DNA of 64,000 nucleotides. It comes from Mobula hypostoma (Eukaryota). The stretch's first letter is position 1; the number at the start of each line of letters is the position of its first letter. A program made the translations under genes and the position numbers. The stretch lies in the NCBI RefSeq assembly GCF_963921235.1, contig NC_086108.1:2170001-2234000 (forward strand), written 5' to 3'. Below are positions 26,718 to 39,077 of the stretch, piece after piece. A model generated the notes under the pieces. The model was given only the letters and a program-made list of their open reading frames with translations, made no database searches and was not told the DNA's origin.

Positions 26718-27610
26718 CGGATAATTCAGTAAATTTTCAGTAATTGTACTTTGGTTAATTCTTTCTTTTGGAAGCTTCCTAGTTTTCCTACTGCAGGTTA
26801 TTTTGTAGGTTAATCGTTATCACTAGAATGTTGTTCTCTTTTTCGTGTGAAACAACCATCACTTCTCCTTTTTGTTTTTTCTTTGTTTGTTCTTTGTTCT
26901 AATGAAACCAAGACTCTAGTTTTTTATGCTGGTCTGTGCTGAAGTGACATCAGCACCAGACTTCGAGGCAAGTAGGTCTGGGTTTGAAACTAGTTGGCTT
27001 CTTGCACACTTTCCATCCATGTTGGGTTGTGTGTTGAGCAAGCAATCCAGCCTTGTAAAAAAGCAGACAAAATGGTAAAGAAATAGCGAGCTTGCTGTCT
27101 GGTGCACCACAAGACACGGAGAGGAATAGTAATCAAGTTTTGTGCCTTATTCTTGACTTCTGAAGGACCTCAGGATCAATATCACCAGATCTGCCAACAT
27201 CCTGCAGGGAGGGATGATTGACTAAACAGCTTGGATAAGCACTGGCAAATGATACTGGACAAATGGGCTGCCGTGGAAGCATAGTAGATAAGGTAATGCT
27301 CTACCACGCTAGCTGTAAGATTGGGGTTCGATTCCTACTCAATCTTACAGCTGGAGCTGGAGAGTATTACCCTACCTACCCTTCCTAATTTTATATACCT
27401 CCATCCGGGGAATAGAGTCCGAACCTGTTCAGCCTCTATCTGTATCTCAGGTGCTCAAGTCCCAGTAACTTGCTTTCAAATTTCCTCTGTATTCTTTCAA
27501 TCTCATTGATATCTGTCCTGTAGGTAGGTGACCAGAAGTGCACACAACACAAGTTGTAGAAGGCATTGGTAAGGTCTAATTGTATGTTTTGAAGTAGATA
27601 TTTAACCTTC

Positions 27611-27921
27611 GGTGGGCACGTGGCCAAGTGGTTAAGGCATTCAACTAGTGATCTGAAGGTCGTGAGTTCGAGCCCCAGCCAAGGCAGCGTGTTGTGTCCT
27701 TGAGCAAGGCACTTAATCACACATTGCTCTGCGACGACATTGGTGCCAAGCTGTATGGGTCCTAATGCCCTTCCCTTGGACAACATTGGTGTCGTGGAGA
27801 GGGGAGACTTGCAGCATGGGCAACTGCCCGTCTTCCATACAACCTTGCCCAGGCCTGCGCCCTGGAGAGTGAAGACTTTCCAGGCACAGATCCATGGTCT
27901 CGTAAGACTAAGAGATACCTT
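27611..27921 (+). mobile_element. tRNA-derived CORE-type SINE with 12-bp TSD
   Basis: A box TGGCCAAGTGG, B box GTTCGAGCCC, and CORE-like GTGTCCTTGAGCAAGGCACTTAA. TSD TATTTAACCTTC at 27599-27610 and 27922-27933. Confidence 0.85.
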
Positions 27922-27982
27922 TATTTAACCTTCAATGGGGCATCTTAGTTGGTCTGAAGGGCCTGCTTCCACGACTCTGGAG

Positions 27983-28060
27983 CAAGGGTTCCAGACCTGG
28001 GGTCCACGGACCCTTGCTTAATGGTATTGGTCCATGGCATCAAAAAGGTTGGGAACCCTG
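27983..28060. mobile_element. Short hAT-like MITE
   Basis: Imperfect TIRs CAAGGGTTCC...AGGTTGGGAACCCTG. Related to 51770-51834. Confidence 0.6.
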
Positions 28061-28079
28061 GCCTAGAGAACTAACCATT

Positions 28080-28610
28080 CATAGAACGTTACAGCATAGT
28101 ACAGGCCCTTCGGCCCACAATGTTGTACTGACCTTTAAACTTACTCCAAGATCAATCTAATCTTTCTCTCCCGCATAGCCCTCTATTTTTCTTTCACCCA
28201 TGTGCCTATTTAACCAGAGGGTGGTGGATCTGTGGAATTCGTTGCCACAGATGGCTGTAAAGGCCAAGTTATTGTGTATATTTAAGATAGAGGTTGGTAG
28301 AGTCTTGATTAGTCAAGGCGTGAAGGGATATGGGGCTGAGAAGGAAATGGATGAGCCATCATGAAATGGCAGAGCAGACTCGATGGGTCAAATGGCCTAG
28401 TTCAACTACATCTTAGAGTCTAGCTAAGAGTTTCTGTAATGTATCTGTCTCTACCACCATTCCTGGCAGGGAGCTCCATTCCCCGTGTAAAGAACTTAGC
28501 CCTGCATTCCCCCATTATACTTTCCTCCAATCATCTTAAAATTGTGCATTAACCATTTCTGTCCTGCAAAAAAAGTCTCTGGCTATCCACTTTATCTATG
28601 CCATTACTTG
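28080..28610. mobile_element. Nested CR1 3'-end fragments (both strands)
   Basis: CAGAGGGTGGTGGATCTGTGGAATTC and CR1 3' UTR motifs. Confidence 0.65.
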
Positions 28611-28668
28611 GGAAACTAAGGAATTCTTGAAATCCTCTACCCAGGGGGAAAATATTCATGAATGATTA

Positions 28669-29985
28669 CACTGGACACAATTTTTTTAGGAAGTATTGCT
28701 TCCTAGGAAATGTTTTGTAATTATGATAGACCACTTGAAGCTGAACGCAAATATAACTCAGCCTACTTGTATCATGCAGGATTTTGGAGAAACAAGAAAT
28801 TAACTTTTATTGAATATAATACGTTTAATTGCGTAACGGTGCTGATGCTTTGCAACAGTTCAACTCAGCTAAAAATGTTTTGTTGATGATTTTCATTTGT
28901 ACTCAGTGTCTGAGTCTTGCTTAAGTGTCCAACAATAATCAGCCAGCATTGATGGATTCCAGTTGCCCTGATACCGTTTCTCCATGACCACAATGTCCTG
29001 GTGAAACCTTTCACCATGCTCGTCACAGATAGTGCCAAGATTTGCAGGGAAAAAGTCTAAATGGGAATTCAGAGAATGAATCTTTTTGACATGTTGCACT
29101 TCGTGGTTTTGTATGCTTTTAACATGTTGTCAACCAGCTGCATGTAGTTTGGTGCTCTGTAGTTGCCAAGAAAATTTTCAACAGCATCCTTAAATGCCTT
29201 CCATGTGATTTTCTCCGGTCCCACTAGAAGTTCTTTGAACTGCCTGTCATTGATGACCTGTTTGATTTGTGGACCAACAAAAATTCCTTCCTTAATCTTG
29301 GCATCAGTTATTCTGGGAAACATCTGTCTCAAATATCAAAACCCTTCACAGATATCTTTCTGCCTGAAGACAGCAGATTCCATCCTTGCAGTCTTGAACC
29401 TGGTGATTCTGCTTTTGCCTTTGACAAACCCTACTCTCTGACCAGGTCATTTAACTCAGACCGAGTTAGCAGATGAGGCTCACTCTACACAAAGGTTCAA
29501 TCTGTGTCAGTATCAGAGTTGTTTTCCATTCCTGGCTCGTGCCTCATGGTATCTTTGCCTCCTCTACACCCCATGTGTATGGAGGCTTCTGTACTGGAAG
29601 ACCATTGTTATGCGGTGCAGGACTCATGTCTGAAGGGAGATTAGGGAATTCAATAGATTTCTTATTTTTAGCAGAGAAATCAGACACACTAGTCTGACAG
29701 AAGTCGCAGCTTGTCACATGATCCATCTGCTCTCACCATATCATCGGGACGGCGAGTGGCATTGATGACTTCCGAGTTCCTCTGAGCCAAGCTCTAAGAT
29801 TGAGAGCGCGTGTTGTGTCCAGGTTTTGTCTTGGTTGCCAATCTTACACCCAAAGTAAGACTCACGGGCTCTTTTAATAAGGAGGATCATGCTCTTTCTT
29901 CAGATTTAAATGTATACTCACCACAAGTGTGACAGAATGTCTTGCAGCTGTTGCAACAGTGGCGACACATTTTGCTATAACAAAT
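28669..29985 (-). mobile_element. Chapaev3-like (CMC) DNA transposon with pseudogenised transposase
   Basis: FCHTCGEYT; CDFCQT...KSIEFPNLPS; DAKIKEGIFVGPQIK; SHLDFFPANLG..DEHGERFHQD..MEKRYQG.W..SMLADYCW. Terminus CACTGG preceded by TTA, matching the TWA target. Confidence 0.8.
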
Positions 29986-29989
29986 ACTT

Positions 29990-30660
29990 GTGGTATTAGC
30001 CATTTCAACCCTGGGACACAGATACTCCCTGTCTGCTCTATACCTCATAATCTTGTAAACCTCTATCAAATCTCCCCTCAGTCTCTGCGGCTCCAGAGAA
30101 AACAGCCCAAGTTTATCCAGCCTCTCGTGATAGCACACGTCCTCTAAACCAGGCAGCATCCTGGTAAACCTCATCTGGACTTGTAAAATTCAATTGCATT
30201 TCTTTTTCTCTATGAATGCTTGTAAGAAGATGAATCTTAAAGTAGTATATAGTAACATTAACATATGTTGATAATAACTTTACATTGAACTTTGAACTTG
30301 AATGTTGACAACACCTATTGCCCTGTCCTTATGAATGCTGTTGGTCACTTCCTCAAAGCACTCAGTCAAATTTGTGAGACATGATTTCCCATGCACAAAG
30401 CCTGGTCACTATCCCTAATCAGCCCTTGCCTTTCTAAATGCTGGATAATCATGTCTCTCAGAATACCCCCCATCAATTTTCCCACCACTGGTCTGAGGCT
30501 CATCGGCCTGTGGTACCCTGGCTTGTCCTTGCAGCCTTTCTTAAATTAGCCGCCCTCCAGTCTTTTGTACCTCACACGCTGGTAATGATACAAAGACCCC
30601 TGCAAATTCTCTCCTTGCTCACTACATTTGGTCAGGCCCTGGGAAATTCCCCACCTCTGA
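29990..30660 (-). mobile_element. CR1 fragments
   Basis: ORF 29887-30174 begins RFTRMLPGLE..ERLDKLGLFSLE..RLRGDLIEVYKIM. 30300-30660 is a degenerate RT piece. Confidence 0.7.
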
Positions 30661-33389
30661 TATATTAATCATGGTATGAAAAACAGCAGCAACCTATTTT
30701 GATAGCTTAATTCACTGATATTGAGGGGGTAGAAACTTAACACAGCCATGAAATGAATTAAAATGGAAAGCTGAAGGTGAAACACTGTGTTTCTCATCAG
30801 CAACATTAGATTAAATTCCATTAGATTAGATTCAACTTTATTCTCATTGTGCTGGGTACAGATACAAAGGCAATGAAATGCATTTAGTATCTGACCAGAA
30901 ATGCCAAGAATAGTGTTATTTACAAAATAACTGCAAATAAGATTAGTCAAGAGGAGTCCATGTTTAACAAACGGCTACCTTAAAAAGATGTGCATTACAT
31001 TTGTGGAAGGAGAGCTTATATTGAAGGAAGCTTTTGGGGAAAATCTCTTGGGGATGTTCAGAGTGGCCTCGGTCTGTTGAATGATTCCAAGTGTCTCTCC
31101 CTTAAGTGCAGAGGGCCTGGGTAGAATTGCTTCTGTAACACCAATGTATTCTCTCACAGCTTGGTTTCCCCCACTGATGAGGATCCCAGCTGGAAACTTG
31201 GGTGTGGGTGTGTAAATGGGAGGCATATCACACTGCAGTGGAGTGCATCACTGCCAGCACCAGCCTTCGTGTCCTCTTATCATATTGTGACTCCCCCGAA
31301 GCCGCTCACATTCAGGAAACAGGACACTGGTGCCCGTCCCATCCCCTGCGGCTAATGGCAATGTTGCAACTGTTCATCCCCAGCCCTGCCCTGGAGATTC
31401 CAGCCCTTGTGGATCCATTTCCTTTCAGAAGAATCAAACTCTTTTTATTTCTTTGAACATATTTGTTATAAACAAGATAGGGTAAGAATTGTCCGGAATT
31501 ATCCAATCATATACCAAAGAGTCTGTTTGATTCCTGATTGGTTGAGGAGAGATGGGCTGTCACGTGAGTAGAGGGGTTAAGTACCCAGTGATAGGAGCAA
31601 GGAGTGGGACTTTGGAAGTCATGTGACAAACGCATCCTGCCAGAAACTGGTGCTCAGCTGTCTTTTTTTATTAATCTTTTTATTGATTTAAAAGGAACAT
31701 AAATACAAACAAGAGGAGAATTATCTCAAATATACATATCAATAGCAATACAAACAGAAATTGAAATAGACATTATCAAAATCATAGTGTTAAGCTAGTA
31801 TGAAATATATAATAAAAAAGAAAACAGCTAATTCTCCTTTTGTCAGTTCATGAAAAGGAAAGAAAAAACTTTGAAATTTAAATGAAAAAAAAACCCACTA
31901 CACTATACAAATAAAAAAGAAAAAAAGGGACTGGGCAGTCCATTCTGAGGATACGACCAAAAAAAAACTTTCTGATCAAATCTAAAACTTCGAAAAAAAA
32001 ATTTGAAGAGTAATAAATCAAATCAAATGAAAATATTAATAAAAGGTCACCAGATTTGCTCAAATTTAAAGGATGTATCAAATGTCCAACTTCGTATTTT
32101 CTCTAAACTTAAACAGGACATAATGGAGGAGAGCCAATAAAAGACCGTAGGTGGATCAGAATCCTTCCACTTCAGTAAAATGGTTCTCCTAGACAATAAA
32201 GTTGAAAAGGCTATCATACGTTGAGCAGAAACAGGAATATTTCCTGGTTTCGATGGGGTAATTCCAAATATTGCCGTAAGCAAATTAGGTTGTAGGTCCA
32301 GATCCAAGACTTTTGATAATGTTTTAAAAACATCTCTCCAAAAATTGTCTAGCTTTATACAAGACCAAAACATATGAGTTAAAGTGGCCACCTCAGTATC
32401 ACATCTGTCACAAATAGGATTGATATTGGGGAAAATACGTGCTAGTTTATCCTTTGATATATGGGCCCGATGCACTACCTTGAACTGTATCAAGGAATGA
32501 CAGGCAAACATAGATGAGTTATTAACCAAGTGAAAAATTTTACTCCACTTTTTATCTGAAAATGACTCTTGAACTTCCAGTTCCCAAGCACGTTTAATTT
32601 TATCGTTAGATATCATTTGTAAATTCAATATCCGTTTATAAATTATAGCTATCAACCCTTTTTGAAGTGGTTTAAGCTGAAAAAGATCATCTGTCATATT
32701 AGGTGGATAAGCAGAAGGGTAATTTGGAGGCAAACCACGTAAAAAATTCCTAATTTGGAAATATCTAAAGAAATGTACATTAGGGAAACCATATTTATCC
32801 ACTGACTGAGAAAAAGACATTAAACAGTCCCCTAAAAACAGATCTGAAAAAGTTGTTATTCCCCTGGTTTTCCAAATTAAAAAGGTCTTATCCAAAATTG
32901 ATGGTTTAAAAAAATAATTAAAATGGATTGGCAAAAGGGATACAAGGCTAGAATCTATGGCCTCCTCTACTGTCAAGATGAAGCCACACTCAGGTTGGAG
33001 GCAACAGCTTATATTCCGTCTGGGTAGCCTCCAACCTGATGGCATGAACATCGACTTCTCTAACTTCCATTAATGCTCCACCACTCCTTCGTACCCCATC
33101 CGTTATTAATTAATTTATTATTATTATAAATTTTTTTTCTCTCTCTTTTTTCTCCCTCTGTTCCTCTCACTATACTCCTTGCCCATCCTCTGGGCTTCCC
33201 TCCCCCTCCACCTTTCTTTCTCCCTAGGCCTCCCGTCCCATGATCCTCTCCCTTCTCTAGCCATGTATCCCTTTTGTCAGTCAACTTTCCAGCTCCTAGC
33301 TCTATCCCTCCCCCTCCTGTCTCTCCTATCATTTTGGATCTCCCCCTCCCCCTCCCACTTTCAAATCTCTTACTCTCTCTTCTTTCAGT

Positions 33390-33427
33390 TAGTCCTGACG
33401 AAGGTTCTCGGCCCGAAACGTCGAGTG
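33390..33427 (+). ncRNA. Minimal hammerhead ribozyme motif
   Basis: TAGTC-CTGACGA-A-GGTTCTCGGCCC-GAAA-CGTC-GAGTG. Core intact, with stem mismatches. Confidence 0.7.
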
Positions 33428-33445
33428 TACCTCTTCCGAGAGATA

Positions 33446-35303
33446 GAAACATAGAAACATAGAAAATAGGCGCAGGAGTAGGCCATTCAGCCCTTCGAGC
33501 CTGCACCGCCATTTATTATGATCATGGCTGATCATCCAACTCAGAACCCCGCCCCAGCCTTCCCTCCATACCCCCGATCCCCGTAGCCACAAGGGCCATA
33601 TCTAACTCCCTCATAAATATGGCCAATGAACTGGCCTCAACTGTTTCCTGTGGCAGAGAATTCCACAGATTCACCACTCTCTGTGTGAAGAAGTTTTTCC
33701 TAATCTCGGTCCTAAAAGGCTTCCCTTTTATCCTCAAACTGTGACCCCTTGTTCTGGACTTCCCCAACATTGGGAACAATCTTCCTGCATCTAGCCTGTC
33801 CAATCCCTTTAGGATCTTATACGTTTCAATCAGATCCCCCCTCAATCTTCTAAATTCCAACGAGTACAAGCATTGTTCATCCAGTCTTTCTTCATATGAA
33901 AGTTCTGCCATCCCAGGAATCAATCTGGTGAACTTTCTTTGTACTCCCTCTATGGCAAGGATATCTTTCCTCAGATTAGGTGACCAAAACTGCACACAAT
34001 ACTCCAGATGTGGTCTCACCAAGGCCTTGTATAACTGCAGTAGTACCTCCCTGCTCCTGTACTCGAATCCTCTCGCTATAAATGCCAGCATACCATTCGC
34101 CTTTTTCACCGCCTGCTGTACCTGCATGCCCACTTTCAATGACTGGTGTATAATGACACCCAGGTCTCGTTGCACCTCCCCTTTTCCTAATCGGCCACCA
34201 TTCAGATAGTAATCTGTTTTCCTATTTTTGCCACCAAAGTGGATAACTTCACATTTATCCACATTAAATTGCATCTGCCATGAATTTTCCCACTCACCCA
34301 ACCTATCCAAGTCACTCTGCATCCTCTTAGCATCCTCCTCACTGCTAACACTGCCACCCAGCTTTGTGTCATCCGCAAACTTGGAGATGCTGCATTTAAT
34401 TCCCTCATCCAAGTCATTAATATATATTGTAAACAACTGGGGTCCCAGCACTGAGCCTTGCGGTACCCCACTAGTCACCGCCTGCCATTCTGAAAAGGTC
34501 CTGTTTATTCCCACTCTTTGCTTCCTGTCTGCTAACCAATTCTCCACCCACACCAATACCTTACCCCCAATACCGTGTGCTTTAAGTTTGCACACTAATC
34601 TCCTGTGTGGGACCTTGTCAAAAGCCTTTTGAAAATCCAAATATACCACATCCACTGGTTCTCCCCTATCCACTCTACTAGTTACATCCTCAAAAAATTC
34701 TATGAGATTCGTCAGATATGATTTTCCTTTCACAAATCCATGCTGACTTTGTCCGATCATTTCACCGCTTTCCAAATGTGCTGTTATCACATCTTTGATA
34801 ACTGACTCCAGCAGTTTCCCCACCACCGACGTTAGGCTAACCGGTCTATAATTCCCCGGTTTCTCTCTCCCTCCTTTTTTAAAAAGTGGGGCTACATTAG
34901 CCACCCTCCAATCCTCAGGAACTAGTCCAGAATCTAACGAGTTTTGAAAAATTATCGCTAATGCATCCACTATTTCTTGGGCTACTTCCTTAAGCACTCT
35001 AGGATGCAGACCATCTGGCCCTGGGGATTTATCTGCCTTCAATCCCTTCAATTTACCTAACACCACTTCCCTACTAACATGTATTTCGCTCAGTTCCTCC
35101 ATCTCACTGGACCCTCTGTCCCCTACTATTTCTGGAAGATTATTTATGCCCTCCTTAGTGAAGACAGAACTAAAGTAATTATTCAATTGGTCTGCCATGT
35201 CCTTGCTCCCCATAATCAATTCACCTGTTTCTGTCTGCAGGGGACCTACATTTGTCTTTACCAGTCTTTTCCTTTTTACATATCTATAAAAGCTTTTACA
35301 GTC
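33446..35303 (-). mobile_element. Young 5'-truncated CR1 with uninterrupted RT ORF and (TTTCTATG)n tail
   Basis: ORF 33522-35354 (610 aa) contains YLDFQKAFDKV, GVPQGSVLGP and KFADDTKL. TSD AGATA at 33441-33445 and 35304-35308. Confidence 0.95.
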
Positions 35304-37572
35304 AGATACTGCCTGGCCTGCTGCGTTCACCACCAACTTTGATGTGTGTTGCATTCAGATAAATCTTTTTCTTTTTTAGGAATTAGTGAGATTGATGCTT
35401 CATAAAAAGTTTTCGGGAGATTCCCAGAGGATATAGAATCAGTGAAAATTTGACATAAATAATGTGTAGGTATTTCAGTGAAAGTCTTATAAAATTTCAC
35501 TGTATATCCATCCAGTCTCAGAGCCTTACCTGGTTGGGAAGAGGATATAGCCCTTGCTATTTCCTCTTGTTTAATAGGTGCATCTAATGTGTTCATATCT
35601 TGGATAGAAATTTTAGGTATATTCAATTTTTGAAAAAATCTATTCATAAAAGTAATATTATCTGAAAATTCAGATTTATAAAGATTAGAGTATAAATCCA
35701 TAAATACCTTATTAATTTCGTAAGGATCTGCCGTTTCGGTTCTACCAGGTCTTCAAATTTTCAGGATCTGTCTTCTAGCCATATTTGCTTTTAACTGACC
35801 AGCTAATAATTTGCCTGACCTGTCCCCATGTAAATAAAATTGGCTTTTGGATTTGAGAAGTTGCTGCTCAGTGGGAAAAGTCAAAAGCAAATCATGTTGT
35901 GCTTGGAGTTCCACCCTTTCCTTATAGAGAACTTCACTAAGTATTACTGAATAAACTTTGTCTATTTCTTTAATCCTATTAGTAATCATTAAAAGTTCCA
36001 CCTTAGTTTTCCTTCTTAAACCTACTGAGTATGAAATTATCTGTCCCCTAAGGAAAGATTTCATCGTGTCCCAAATAACTAAATTTGACACTCCCTCAGT
36101 TGTATTTAATTCAAAAAATAGAGAAATTTGCTCTTTCATAATACTTACAAAGGTTGAATCTTGCAGCAATGTAGCATTAAATCTCCACTGAGGTGTCTTC
36201 AGTATATTATCAGAAAACTTCAAAGTTAATTTCATAGGTGCGTGATCCGACAATGCAATGACATCATACGCTCAATCAGCAACAGAGGGCACCAAACGCG
36301 TGTCCAACAAAAAATAATCAATTCTTGAGTATTTATGGTATACATGTGAAAAAAAAGAAAACTCCGTATCTTTAGAGTACATAAATCTCCAAATTTCGAC
36401 CACACCGTATTCTAATAAAAAAGAATTAATACAAGTCACAGCTTTATTAGAAAGTGATGGATTGGTGGACAATCTGTCAATCGACGGATTAAGACAGCAG
36501 TTAAAGTCACTACCCATAATCAACTTATATTCATTTAATTTCGGCAGCACAGAAAATAACTTCTTAAAAAATTCAGGGCTATCTATATTAGGTGTATAAA
36601 CACATACAAAAGCCACCTTTTGACCACATAACAAACCAGTAACAATTAAATATCTTCCAATTAAATCAGTAACAGTATTAAAATGAACAAAAGGGATTTT
36701 AGAATTAATAAAAAGATACCCCTCTTATTTTATTTACAGATAAAGAATGAAATAAGGGTCCTTTCCAAAATAAAAAAAACGATTTTCATCCTGCCTACGG
36801 ATGTGTGTCTCCTGCGCAAAAATAATATCTGCATGAAGTGTTTTTAATTTCTTAAAAATCTTTCTGCGCTTAATAGGTTGGTTCATACCATTCAGATTCA
36901 AGATATTATATTAATTTTATCAAAATCCATAGTTAAAATTTAATTTAAAATTTTTATAAAGTAAGCTAATGCGCAGGCGCTAACTAAATTCGAAGAAAAA
37001 AACAAAGCATGACTCGATCAAAAGAAAAACAAGATAATTAACAAAAAAAAAAGCCTCACAGGACTGCCCAGTCAAAAAAAAACTAATCTAATAGACCCAC
37101 CCTCTTCTCCCAAAAGCCCAAAAACTGTCCAATAGCAGACGAAATGCTGCTCTAATGACCCTTGACCTCGTCTCCAGTTAGCAGCCCTTGCTTACAAAGT
37201 AATACGTTGCCACCACCAAAAAGACATAACAAAAGGTACATAAATAACAAATTCCAAATATTTTCTTATTATGTCTAACAGTAGTTAACACCGAACTAGC
37301 GACGGCCATCTTAAAATACGTAACCATGTATTCAAAAAAGATAAATCCAACCAACTAATAAACTACAACTAATGTTAAAGACTTACAAATCAATGAAAGA
37401 ATAAGTAATTATATATATATAAAATCCAAAACTATATTAGCTATTAAAGCAAACAACAACGGACCTGAGTAAATCAACCAAGTCCATGTCTGGGCATGCA
37501 TGAAACATAGAGCGGACTTTCATCAAAGCCACTACAAACCGCTCCCAGCTAAGAATTAACTATTCAAATTGC

Positions 37573-38447
37573 TTACGAAATGGGCTTAAACTCCTTTATA
37601 AATTTCCAACCGTCTTCTGGGGAGTCAATCCATTTTGAATGAGAATTAGGTGGAGTAATTATCAGACGAGCTGGATAATGCAGAGAGGGACAACAGTTAA
37701 TCTTATAGAGTTCAGCCATGATTTCCCAATATTTAATTCTTTCAGCATAAATCTCTGGGGTAAAATCTTCAACTATACGAATCTTTGCTCAGTCATAAAT
37801 TAGCTTATCCCTTTTCTTTGCATCCTGAAGAATAGCTTCTTTGGTTGTAAAATAATGCAGACATACTATAAAAGGATGAGGTTTCATTCGGCTGAAGGCT
37901 TGGGACGTCGAATTCGGTGAGCTCTGTCCAGTAGCGGACAGGCTTCAAGAATCTCACTAAAAAGTGAATATAACATGTTCGAAAGGAACTTTAATGGCTC
38001 ACCGGTTTCCGTTTTTTCAGACAAACCCAGTAATTATAAATTCATCCTGCGACTTCTGCTTTCCAGATCGATCGTTTTCTTCTTAATTCTTGATAACTCT
38101 GAAGTAACCTCATTAATTTTCTCTTCCATAGAAGATGACTTCAATTTTTGTTCTTTAATAGTTTGACTCGTTGACTCCTGTTCTCTTTCAATTCTATGAG
38201 TGCTCTGTTTAAGCATCTGATATTGACCTTCCAGTTTCTTCAAAGATTCCTGAACAGCAAAAATAGTTTTTTCAAGCTTTTCATTAGCGTTTGTCAGCTT
38301 ATTGATTTTGGTGATCTTAGCATCTATAGCTTCTATTAAAGAGAGCATTCTTTCTGAAGTAGAGACTTGCTCTGATTGCTTTGTTTGTTCAGCTTCGGGA
38401 AGAGTTTTGCCACCTCTTAATTCAATTCCAGATTGAGTATCGGCCAT
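37573..38447 (-). pseudogene. L1 ORF1 (coiled coil, RRM, CTD), disrupted
   Basis: Coiled coil ending LESRSRRMNL, then LDRAHR, IRIVEDFTPE and LHYPARLIIT. Confidence 0.85.
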
Positions 38448-38877
38448 TGTAATTGAATCGTAAATCCTTCAGCAAAAGTAATAAATCTTCAAACTTCAAA
38501 CAAATCTAACAGTTGTAAAAGACAGAGCTGCGACAAACACGCCTTACTCCACGAGCTGCCGAGGGGAGACGGTGCTCAGCTGTCAGAGATGAGCTGGTGC
38601 CATTCTCCCTTCTCCCAGCAACTCATCAACAGGGGCCCAGAGAACACTTCCAACAGTGCCACAAGAACTGCAGAAAGATAAATTCTGCCAGATATCTTAC
38701 CAAAACCATTTAAATAACTCTGTGGATAATCCTGTGCACATGTTCACTTTAAAAGGCTGCTCATGTTACTTGTCCAGAGGAAGTAATCGATGGAAAATGA
38801 CCAAACTGCCACCGATCTTCCCCCTCACCACCACTTACTGCTTCACGACAAGTGATAAAAATGTACATCTTTATTAA

Positions 38878-39077
38878 TTAATCCAGGAAGATTGTCCTTT
38901 TTGAATTCTTGGCGTTATAAGGCTCTGGCATCTGCATGGCACATTGCGATGGCAAACAACGGCCATCTTTTCCAGTGGGTCTTTAAAGACCTAGTGGCCC
39001 TGGGACAATTGGGATTCCTTGTTGGCCGGTGGGACCTGGTGGGCCGATTTTACCATATCCTGGAAGCCCAGGTGGAC
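38878..39077 (-). pseudogene. COL16A1: Disabled terminal exon of a FACIT collagen, most like collagen alpha-1(XVI)
   Basis: Acceptor TCTTTTGTCTTTCCCTCGCAG, then phase-1 (G)PPGLPGYGKIGPPGPTGQQGIPIVPGPLGL*RPTGKDGRCLPSQCAMQMPEPYNAKNSKRTIFLD*. It aligns to the COL16A1 C-terminus as I recall it (GYGKMG..GQQGIPG..GHCNPSDC). Internal TAA at 38983-38985. Confidence 0.75.

Larger units (their letters stand above)
32953..35352 (+). mobile_element. Penelope 3' fragment (32953-33445 + 35304-35352) split by a CR1
   Basis: Same family as 6060-7568. The sequence rejoins across the CR1 with a 5-bp duplication AGATA. Confidence 0.88.
32047..36930 (-). pseudogene. L1 ORF2 remnants (APE, linker, C-terminal Cys-rich domain)
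   Basis: DIIFAQETH, YSRIDYFL, SDHAP, WRFNATLL, EASISLIPKKEKD, then after the nested elements QFKVVHRAH and CDRC..ATLTHMFWSC. Confidence 0.85.
31663..38570 (-). mobile_element. Full-length L1-clade LINE with 14-bp TSD; RT core missing, nested Penelope + CR1
   Basis: TSD GGTGCTCAGCTGTC at 31649-31662 and 38571-38584, with an A-rich tail. ORF1 and ORF2 remnants present. Confidence 0.92.

Noticed and set aside
27611..27685. tRNA gene
   Set aside because: It is the head of a TSD-flanked SINE, not a free-standing tRNA.
31168..31212. Hammerhead-like CTGATGA...GAAAC
   Set aside because: No pairing stem II or stem III, and no UH cleavage site in register.
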